From a virus (Duplodnaviria > Caudoviricetes), in the IMG/VR virus record IMGVR_UViG_3300045968_000324, positions 1-31,741 of that record: a stretch of 31,741 nucleotides of DNA; one strand, given 5' to 3'. A program made the translations under genes and the position numbers. Below are positions 1 through 6,048 of the stretch, piece by piece; the stretch's first letter is position 1; each line of letters starts with the position of its first letter. The notes beneath the pieces are model-generated. The model worked only from the letters and a program-made list of their open reading frames with translations, had not been told where the DNA came from and searched no databases.

Positions 1-102
1 GCTGGTGGCGAGCGCGGCCCGGCGCTGCGAGAGTCCTGCTGCCCTCAGGCCACGTTTGACACCTGACGTGGTCGCGGCGTATTCAACTAAACGTGTTTCC
101 AT
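1..102 (-). CDS. Cro-like HTH regulator, 5' part (truncated by window edge; not in ORF track)
   Basis: Hand translation from ATG at 102: METRLVEYAATTSGVKRGLRAAGLSQRRAALATS...; LRAAGLSQxxxA is a typical XRE helix 1-2 pattern; divergent from the repressor. Confidence 0.75.
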   Translation of the reverse strand, partial: METRLVEYAATTSGVKRGLRAAGLSQRRAALATS

Positions 103-110
103 GGACGAGG

Positions 111-140
111 AGACTACACGTTAACTTGAACATATGTCAA
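111..140 (-). promoter_or_regulatory. Sigma70-type leftward (lytic/cro) promoter
   Basis: Minus strand TTGACA (140-135) - 18 nt - TAGTCT (116-111), 8 nt before the ATG at 102; the -35 overlaps the repressor start codon. Confidence 0.7.
122..133 (+). promoter_or_regulatory. Putative -10 box for a leaderless repressor mRNA
   Basis: TAACTT 122-127 lies 6 nt before ATG 134; no Shine-Dalgarno and no good -35. Confidence 0.5.
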
Positions 141-625
141 TCGTTAAATTGACCGCGGAATTCGGCCCGAAGATCAAGGGCCTTCGCGAACGTCGCGGAT
201 GGAACCAAGGCGTCGTCGCAACCAAGCTGGGTGTTTCTCTCAACGCCGTCAGCCAGTGGGAGCGCAGCCGGTCCTACCCTCGCGGACCTCTCCTCGCCGG
301 CTTGGCCGAAGTCTTCGGATTGACGGTTGAGCAGCTGCTTGGAATCGATAGCGCGCCATCGGACACTCGCGACCAGGCGTTAGATCGCACCGACTCCCTC
401 CCCTACGTCGCCGACCTCCTCGGCTTCATGCACGCCGACTTAGAGCTGGACCCGTTCACCCACCTGCCCGGAGGCCAGGGGGCGCGCGAGCGCTACCGCG
501 AGCGCCTCGCTGAAACCGAGCGAGAGCTTGAGGCTTACGCCCAGAAGCTGAAGCGCGGGCTCGCGGAGTACAAGGCCATGCTCATCGCCGAGGCGCGCGA
601 CCCGAAGGGCAAGCGTCCCCATTGA
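134..625 (+). CDS. XRE-family phage repressor (ImmR/CI-like) with C-terminal coiled coil, no S24 autoprotease domain
   Basis: IKGLRERRGWNQGVVATKLGVSLNAVSQWERSRSYP...LAEVFGLTVEQLLG is a classic HTH_3 signature; adjacent to an ImmA-like gene. Confidence 0.92.
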   Translation: MSIVKLTAEFGPKIKGLRERRGWNQGVVATKLGVSLNAVSQWERSRSYPRGPLLAGLAEVFGLTVEQLLGIDSAPSDTRDQALDRTDSLPYVADLLGFMHADLELDPFTHLPGGQGARERYRERLAETERELEAYAQKLKRGLAEYKAMLIAEARDPKGKRPH

Positions 626-651
626 CACGGCGCCGTCACCCGCTATAGATT
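622..651 (+). promoter_or_regulatory. Sigma70-type promoter for the ImmA-like gene
   Basis: Perfect TTGACA 622-627 (contains the repressor stop TGA) - 18 nt - TAGATT 646-651 (or TATAGA 644-649 at 16 nt). Confidence 0.65.
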
Positions 652-699
652 CGCCGTCGCCCGCTCCACGTCAGATCTCAACAGGCGGCTCGCGAACGG

Positions 700-1335
700 G
701 TGAGCGACCAACTGATCCAGCTCGTGCAAACGCGCGTCCGCGACTTCGCGCGCCGCGTGATGACGTTCGAGGACTTCCTCTCTGCTGCCGCCGCCGAACG
801 GCTCGCGGTTGAACTGAAGCACCAGGAGGCCGACGAGCAGCTCGTCCGGAAGCCGCCCGCGAAGATCACCCTCAACGCCGGCCTGAGCGAGAAGTACCGG
901 ACGTTCTCCGCCTTCCACGCGCTCGCGCACTGGTTCGGCCATCCGGGCCACCTGGACTTCTACCTCGGCTCGCCCGGGTGGCTCGGCGCGATCGAGCTCG
1001 AGGCGTCGATGATCGGCTACCTCGCGCTCGCGCCTCATCCGCAGGGCCCGCCCTACCCGCGGCTCGTCCGGGCCGGGCTCGATGCCCAGCAGATCGAGAT
1101 GGAGTTCCTGGTGGAGTACCCCGTCGTCGAGGTGCTCGAGGGCGGTCGTGTTCGGTGGCGGCGGAGGAAGACGAAGCTGATCCGGCCAGGGCAGGCGGAG
1201 TTTCCGTGGGGCGAGGAGGAGCCGGCGGAGCAGCTCTTCCTGCCGGGGACCAGGCGGACGAAGTGGCGGGATGCGCTCGCCGTGCTGCTCATCCCAGACG
1301 CCGCGCCGTGGTGGTTCGGCGCGCTGCTGGCGTGA
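700..1335 (+). CDS. ImmA/IrrE-family (M78-like) metallopeptidase homologue, catalytic Glu replaced (HALAH)
   Basis: ITLNAGLSEKYRTFSAFHALAHWFGH...IELEASMIGYLALAP matches the IxLN...RFTxAHExxH...ExEAxxFAxxLLxP family pattern; follows an XRE repressor. Confidence 0.8.
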   Translation: MSDQLIQLVQTRVRDFARRVMTFEDFLSAAAAERLAVELKHQEADEQLVRKPPAKITLNAGLSEKYRTFSAFHALAHWFGHPGHLDFYLGSPGWLGAIELEASMIGYLALAPHPQGPPYPRLVRAGLDAQQIEMEFLVEYPVVEVLEGGRVRWRRRKTKLIRPGQAEFPWGEEEPAEQLFLPGTRRTKWRDALAVLLIPDAAPWWFGALLA

Positions 1336-1373
1336 GACGTTCCAAACCCTATCGAACACACAAGGGGGTTCCC

Positions 1374-1838
1374 ATGAAGACGTCCGTACTGCTACTGGCT
1401 GGTCTGCTGTTTTTGCTGTCCGTCCCGCACGTGTCCGACGCCCAACCGATTCCCGGCTTGATCGCCGTCGGGGTCGGACAGATGACAGCCTTCGAGAGCG
1501 TGACGGCCGGGACCAACCTCAACGCCGGCACGCCCCTCGCGCTGTGGGGGGTGGGACTGGAGTTTGCCTCGACGGTGGGCTTTTGCGGGCTCGGCCGCTC
1601 TGGCGCGAGCGGACTCCTGATCTCTGGCTCCAGCGCGATCGTGCGGCATGTCACGGTGCCGGCATCAGACTTCTACCTCTTCCTCTGCCTGAGGCAGTCG
1701 GGGCTGTCCGGGGACTTCGCGGCCCTCATTCTGCACGGCGACTTCTTCGACGCTGCCACCGCCGACGCCCCAAGCGCAGACACCGCGGCGCTTGAGGCGG
1801 CCGTAAGTGCGGCGATTGATCGGAGGTTCGGGCGGTAG
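1374..1838 (+). CDS. Secreted/periplasmic hypothetical protein (154 aa; possible superinfection-exclusion or moron gene)
   Basis: ATG 1374 after AAGGGGG; N-terminus MKTSVLLLAGLLFLLSVPHVSDA-Q looks like a Sec signal peptide; two Cys; real start lies inside track ORF 978..1838. Confidence 0.8.
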   Translation: MKTSVLLLAGLLFLLSVPHVSDAQPIPGLIAVGVGQMTAFESVTAGTNLNAGTPLALWGVGLEFASTVGFCGLGRSGASGLLISGSSAIVRHVTVPASDFYLFLCLRQSGLSGDFAALILHGDFFDAATADAPSADTAALEAAVSAAIDRRFGR

Positions 1839-1852
1839 GGTAAGATGGCGAC

Positions 1853-2113
1853 GTGAACGGCCACTGGGTTCTCAGTCTCCCCCGCTGGGCTCGATACACG
1901 ATCTACTCCGTCACGAACCCGCGCGTGATGTTTGTCGTGTTGATGGCCGACCACGGGCCGAGACGGTGGCGCCCCTACTACAGCGGGATTCTCCTTCGTC
2001 GCTTCGCCGAGAGCGTCAACGCGATTCGGCTGTCGTTCGTGGGACTCGCGGCTCAGGCCGAGCGCATCGCCGTCGAAATGGATCGCGGCGGGTGGGAGAG
2101 CAAAGATGCCTGA
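1853..2113 (+). CDS. Hypothetical protein
   Basis: GTG start 6 nt after TAAGAT (1841-1846); 8-nt overlap with next ORF. Confidence 0.5.
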   Translation: MNGHWVLSLPRWARYTIYSVTNPRVMFVVLMADHGPRRWRPYYSGILLRRFAESVNAIRLSFVGLAAQAERIAVEMDRGGWESKDA

Positions 2114-2324
2114 TCGAGAGTCAGCGATCCGCGTCGGGCGCCGATTTCTCCTCGGCGGCCACTCGTGCCGGATCGTCCGAGTCGTCGACGCACCGGACGG
2201 CGTCGAGTTTCAGTACGAGATCTCGGTCGATGTCACGAGTTCAGTACGGCATGGTCGTACGTTGCGTGGGCTTTGCCTGCCGTCGGTGCCGCGGTCGGTG
2301 ACGTGGTGGTGCGTTGATGGCTGA
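2106..2324 (+). CDS. Hypothetical protein
   Basis: ATGCCTGA overlap with the upstream ORF; beta-rich small protein. Confidence 0.5.
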   Translation: MPDRESAIRVGRRFLLGGHSCRIVRVVDAPDGVEFQYEISVDVTSSVRHGRTLRGLCLPSVPRSVTWWCVDG

Positions 2325-2347
2325 GCTTCCGCGCTGGGGCCAGGTGG

Positions 2348-2419
2348 CTGAACCGGGCCGGCGGGGCGAGGCCGGGTGCGGCGGGAGCGTGGCTGCCACC
2401 GAACCCGGCTCTGGTTCAG
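2348..2419. terminator. Branched stem-loop at the convergence of the plus and minus transcription units (possible terminator)
   Basis: ctgaaccgggccgg 2348-2361 pairs with ccggctctggttcag 2405-2419; inner ggtgcggc/gctgccacc stem; no U-tract. Confidence 0.35.
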
Positions 2420-2428
2420 GATGATCCG

Positions 2429-3025
2429 CTAGGGCTTGACCGGCTGCGCCTTCTCCCGCACGGCCCGTGCGGCGAGGGCGTTGGCGATGGCTGCGGCACA
2501 AGCATCCGCTGAGGACCGCGGGATCTCCGCCGCGCTCAGCTGCTCCACGAACGCGATCTTCTGGCTCGTGGTCGGCTCCGGGCCGAGTTCCACGCGCATC
2601 TTGGCCACCATGAGGGTGTTGGACTTCATGCCGTCGTAGCAGCGCAAGGCGTCCGAGATCCGCTCGGCCGAGGACTTGCCCTCGATCGGGGTGGAGAGCG
2701 TGCAGGCGCCGAGGGCCAGCAGCCCCACGGTCACGAGCACCGCGAGCTTGACCAGCGGCGCGTTGACGGCCTTCTTGACCTGGTCCACGATCTCCCGGAG
2801 CGCCACGGCCGCGCCGCCGTAGAGCAGACCGAGCGCCGGGTCCGCCGCCTTGCCGGTCAGCCACGAGATCGCCAGGTCGGCCAGCGGGCCGAGGGCCACG
2901 GCCAGCGTCGGGATCAGGGGCTTCCACGATTCGGGAATGAGCTTCTTCGCCTGGCTCATCACCAGCGGAATCAGGACGGTGACGATGAGGGGCGTCAGGG
3001 CCGTGAGGAGTTGGTCTCGATTCAT
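2429..3025 (-). CDS. Holin-like membrane protein with internal lipobox and soluble C-terminal domain (198 aa)
   Basis: ATG 3025 with AAGGAG SD and ATGA overlap; N-terminal hydrophobic segments ending ALREIVDQVKK, then KLAVLVTVGLLALGA-C and a domain with two more Cys. Confidence 0.7.
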   Translation of the reverse strand: MNRDQLLTALTPLIVTVLIPLVMSQAKKLIPESWKPLIPTLAVALGPLADLAISWLTGKAADPALGLLYGGAAVALREIVDQVKKAVNAPLVKLAVLVTVGLLALGACTLSTPIEGKSSAERISDALRCYDGMKSNTLMVAKMRVELGPEPTTSQKIAFVEQLSAAEIPRSSADACAAAIANALAARAVREKAQPVKP

Positions 3026-3153
3026 GAGGGGGCTCCTTTCTTCTTGGTCCAGCAGCCGCGTTGGCAGGCTCCGGTTCCGTTGCGGTCGCCCTTGGCGCGA
3101 CACCGACGGCACGGAATCATCGGGTGACATCCGAGGTGGGCCTGAGGGCTCAT
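3022..3153 (-). CDS. Small Cys-rich protein (43 aa)
   Basis: MSPQAHLGCHPMIPCRRC...CQRGC; ATGA overlaps at both ends. Confidence 0.5.
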   Translation of the reverse strand: MSPQAHLGCHPMIPCRRCRAKGDRNGTGACQRGCWTKKKGAPS

Positions 3154-3371
3154 TCGTCGAAGTAGCCTTCGGCGGGCGCCGTCGCCACGGCCTCCGCCAA
3201 CAGCGGGTCCCGCTCCTCCTTCGGGAGCCTCGGCAGCGCCTGGCCGCGATGGATGAAGGCGCACCAGATGGCGTTGAAGCGCGCCCACTCGGTGTCGTTG
3301 TAGACGGCGTGGTGGTACGCGCAGATCCCCGCGTCGCCCGTCTCCGTGCCGCACGAGGCGCAGAGGCTCAC
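3150..3371 (-). CDS. Small Zn-finger-like protein (73 aa)
   Basis: GTG 3371 in a GTGA overlap; CASC...CAYH motif. Confidence 0.65.
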   Translation of the reverse strand: MSLCASCGTETGDAGICAYHHAVYNDTEWARFNAIWCAFIHRGQALPRLPKEERDPLLAEAVATAPAEGYFDE

Positions 3372-3784
3372 GAGACGTCCGTCTCGGCCCGCCGGTGCGC
3401 CCGGACGGAGGCCGGTGAGCGAGCCGTTGTGCGGGCCAGCTCGATGTAGCCGGCCAGGGGCGCCCGCGCCTTCGCCTCGTCCGTCAGGGGCCGCGCGCAC
3501 CACCGGCAGCAGTCCGGCTCTTCCAGCAGCGACACAGGCCCGCCCTTGCCGTAGGAGCCCCCCACGGGCCTCCCGCAGGGGGTACAGGCCTCCGGCGGGC
3601 GCTCTGGCGTCCTGGGGTATCCCGTGGCGGCCTGCGCGGCGCTCCGTGGCGGCACGCGGCCGTTGGCGGCCCGAATTCGGTAGTTCACGCCCTGGCGCGA
3701 GCGCCCGACGCGTGAGGCGATCTCGCCCTGGCTGAGTCCCTGGCGGGCGAGGTCGAGGATGGTGGCGATCGGAACAGCGGCCAT
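3368..3784 (-). CDS. HTH plus Zn-ribbon protein (138 aa)
   Basis: ATG 3784 in a TGATG overlap; ILDLARQGLSQGEIASRVGRSRQGVNYRIR HTH; CTPC...CRWC. Confidence 0.72.
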   Translation of the reverse strand: MAAVPIATILDLARQGLSQGEIASRVGRSRQGVNYRIRAANGRVPPRSAAQAATGYPRTPERPPEACTPCGRPVGGSYGKGGPVSLLEEPDCCRWCARPLTDEAKARAPLAGYIELARTTARSPASVRAHRRAETDVS

Positions 3785-3915
3785 CAGATCGACTCCCGCC
3801 CCTTCCAGCCCAGCACAGCGCCGACGAAGAGCGCGGCCGGCGCGAAGGGGTCGTTCACGAGGATGGCGTGGATGACGAGACCGGAGGCCACAGCGAGGGC
3901 GACCGCCGCGATCAC
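3784..3915 (-). CDS. Small two-TM membrane protein (43 aa)
   Basis: GTG 3915 in a GTGA overlap; MIAAVALAVASGLVIHAILVNDPFAPAALFVGAVLGWKGRESI. Confidence 0.6.
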   Translation of the reverse strand: MIAAVALAVASGLVIHAILVNDPFAPAALFVGAVLGWKGRESI

Positions 3916-4304
3916 GGCGCCTGCCTCTTGGCGGCACACTCTGGCGGCCGATACCCGCCGCGCACGTACCCCGGCGTGGCGCGCGTCGGGCACGAGGCGG
4001 GGGCCGGGGCGGCGATGAATCGGTCGCGGGCTACCTCGGGCTCCGGGCGAACCGGCGGTGTGGTAGGCGGCGTCGTCCCCTCGATGGCCTCGATCTTCTG
4101 GCGGAGGCGCGACGCCCGGTCGGCGAGTTCCCCGGCCGCGTCGCGCACCTCGCCATAGGTGTCCTGCGTGGCCTCCGGTACGGCCTCGGCTTGCGCCCGA
4201 TGCGACGCCCCGTGGCGATGCTGAGCCAGCAGCGCGTTCCCGCCCACCAGGATCGCCATGACGACGGCGACGGCGCCGCCGAGTTGCGACACGCCCGGCG
4301 CCAT
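3912..4304 (-). CDS. Membrane-anchored coiled-coil protein (i-spanin-like)
   Basis: N-terminal TM (LGGAVAVVMAILVGGNALLA), coiled coil, Pro-rich tail with two Cys; coupled to upstream stop. Confidence 0.6.
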   Translation of the reverse strand: MAPGVSQLGGAVAVVMAILVGGNALLAQHRHGASHRAQAEAVPEATQDTYGEVRDAAGELADRASRLRQKIEAIEGTTPPTTPPVRPEPEVARDRFIAAPAPASCPTRATPGYVRGGYRPPECAAKRQAP

Positions 4305-4639
4305 CACGGGCGCCTCGGGAGATAGCGCTCGAGCCGTGACTCGATCCGCTCGAAGTCGGCCAGCGCGCGACGGATCCGCTCGCTCGCCTCGCCGGCCGCC
4401 CTGGCGTCGTTCACGCGTGCGGCCTCGAAGGCGTCCCGCAGGGCGCGCAGCTCGCCCTTGACCTGCTCGAGGTCGCGGTGGTGCTCGCGCTCGAGGCGGT
4501 CGACGTCGGCGCGAAGCCACGAGTGCTTGACGTCGTAGACGACCAGGCCGCTACCGCTGCCGCCGAGGATGCTGCCGACGAGCACGAGCCCGGCCATGAG
4601 CCCCTTGACGGCGCGGCCGCGCTGCGGCTCATCGGGCAC
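4304..4639 (-). CDS. Single-TM coiled-coil protein (lysis-region, holin/spanin-like)
   Basis: GGAG SD; TM GLMAGLVLVGSILGG...; heptad-rich C-terminus. Confidence 0.7.
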   Translation of the reverse strand: MPDEPQRGRAVKGLMAGLVLVGSILGGSGSGLVVYDVKHSWLRADVDRLEREHHRDLEQVKGELRALRDAFEAARVNDARAAGEASERIRRALADFERIESRLERYLPRRP

Positions 4640-4654
4640 CGCACGACTCCGGGC

Positions 4655-4954
4655 TCAATTCGCGTCCTCGACCCCGATGTCGACATCGAGCTCCAAGACC
4701 TCGCCGCTCGTCACGGCGTGGCGGCACGAGATCCGGTAGATCTGCCCCAGCGTGCCGCCGCTGACGAGCACGGTGACGCGCATGCCATCGACGGTGGGCG
4801 GGGAGGCGCTGATGCCCGCCGGCACGACGAGCGTCGGCGCCCCGGACAACTCGACGCCGGCCCCCGCCTTCGCCCCGAAGTTGAAGGTTGCCTTGCGGAC
4901 CTCGTCCGGCTGCTTGTAGCGGTAAGGCACCTGGCGCTGAGGAATGACGCTCAT
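4655..4954 (-). CDS. Fibre-tail adaptor-like protein (99 aa)
   Basis: ATG 4954 in an ATGA overlap; KQPDEVRKATFNF...VTVLVSGGTLGQIYRISC...TSGEVLE resembles the KxPxE...GGxxGxxY phage adaptor family (recalled as podophage GP4 gp77-like). Confidence 0.7.
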   Translation of the reverse strand: MSVIPQRQVPYRYKQPDEVRKATFNFGAKAGAGVELSGAPTLVVPAGISASPPTVDGMRVTVLVSGGTLGQIYRISCRHAVTSGEVLELDVDIGVEDAN

Positions 4955-6048
4955 GAGACCTCCTGCCACGACGGACCGTCGATGGCCTGCCATGACGGCG
5001 TCCCCTCGAGGGCCCGCCACGGTGCTCCGCCACTCACCTGCTCGTGCTCGGGTACCGGCGTGAGGATCAACGAGAAGGGCTCGGCGGTCGCCGAGGCCTG
5101 GCCCGCAGCGGTCGCCACGACGGCCGCCGTCACGCCGGAGGTCGCGCTCGCCGTGGCCGCGCCATCCGAAGAGACCTGAGCGGTGGCCGTGGAAGCGCCA
5201 GTCGCGGAGACTGGCGCGCTCCCAGACCCCGTCGCCGTCGCCGTCGCGATGGTCGCGCCGACGCCTGCCCCCGTCGCGGCGCCAGTCGTAGCTCCTGCCG
5301 TCTGAGCGGTCGCCGATCCGACGCCGGAGACGCTCGCCGTTCCGCTCGACTCGGCATCGGATCCGACCGCGTTTCCATCGTCGCCAGCACCAAGGGCCTC
5401 GGCGACGCCAGCGCTGACCCCCACCACTCCGGCGGTGGTGCCACTGACGCCCTGCGGGCTCGCAGCCCCCGATGAACTGCCGGCGGTGGTGATGACGGTG
5501 ACGGACACGCCAGAACCGACGGCAGCCCCGGACGATGCGCCATCCGCGGCCGCGGTCGCGCCGCTGACGCCATCCGATGCCGCCGACGCACTCGAGGCGC
5601 CGACGGTGCCGGCCAGCGCTGCGCCGACGCCTGCCCCGGCCCCAGACCCAGCGGCGCTGCCTTCGCAGCCAGCCGTGGCCCCGCCGCCGCCGCCGCCGCC
5701 AGCCGATCCTGACGCCGAGGCGTCAGCGACAAGCACCGTCGCGCTGCTCGCGTCATTGGTCGCGGCGCCGCTCGAGCTCGCAGCGGTCGTGACGATCGCG
5801 CTGGCGGCCACGCTGTCCGTGGTGACGCCGGCTGCGGCCGCGGTCGTAAGCGCAAGGGCCGCCGCCACGGCGGCGGCTGTCGCCACGGCCGTCACCGCCG
5901 CGACGCTCCCGGCGATGGCGCCACTGACGGCGCTCACCGTCGCGCTAGCCGTTGACGCGCCATCAGCCTCGATGACCGTCGGCCCCCCACCCGCCGGCGA
6001 AGACCGCGCGAAGCTGAAGTACGGCGACCGTCGCTGTGGGAACGACAC
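4951..6048 (-). CDS. Ala/Gly/Ser/Thr-rich repeat protein (15 x ~20 aa), putative fibre core
   Basis: Starts immediately after the upstream stop; periodic repeats over residues 29-330; three PxW motifs at the C-terminus. Confidence 0.85.
   Translation of the reverse strand: MSFPQRRSPYFSFARSSPAGGGPTVIEADGASTASATVSAVSGAIAGSVAAVTAVATAAAVAAALALTTAAAAGVTTDSVAASAIVTTAASSSGAATNDASSATVLVADASASGSAGGGGGGGATAGCEGSAAGSGAGAGVGAALAGTVGASSASAASDGVSGATAAADGASSGAAVGSGVSVTVITTAGSSSGAASPQGVSGTTAGVVGVSAGVAEALGAGDDGNAVGSDAESSGTASVSGVGSATAQTAGATTGAATGAGVGATIATATATGSGSAPVSATGASTATAQVSSDGAATASATSGVTAAVVATAAGQASATAEPFSLILTPVPEHEQVSGGAPWRALEGTPSWQAIDGPSWQEVS
5059..5964 (-). repeat. Fifteen degenerate 20-aa (60-bp) coding repeats
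   Basis: e.g. DGASSGAAVGSGVSVTVITT / AGSSSGAASPQGVSGTTAGV / DAESSGTASVSGVGSATAQT; unit 10 is 22 aa. Confidence 0.75.

Larger units (their letters stand above)
82..153. promoter_or_regulatory. Three operator-like sites, consensus CGTTWANTTGA
   Basis: cgttaacttga 119-129 (+), cgttaaattga 142-152 (+), cgtttagttga 83-93 (-); 82-96 and 116-130 form a 13/15 inverted repeat; AT-rich island between divergent HTH genes. Confidence 0.65.

Noticed and set aside
56-85. TTGACA at 56-61 inside a ccacgt/acgtgg inverted repeat as the repressor promoter
   Set aside because: The best -10 (TATTCA) lacks the conserved final T and the site lies within the cro-like coding sequence; the leaderless candidate fits better, though this is not excluded
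2317-2424. 35-codon ORF (MAELPRWGQ...) coupled to 2106..2324
   Set aside because: Low-complexity product that coincides with the branched hairpin; insufficient support
5681-5700. (CCG)n microsatellite
   Set aside because: Encodes the in-frame poly-Gly in repeat unit 5; no phase-variation effect
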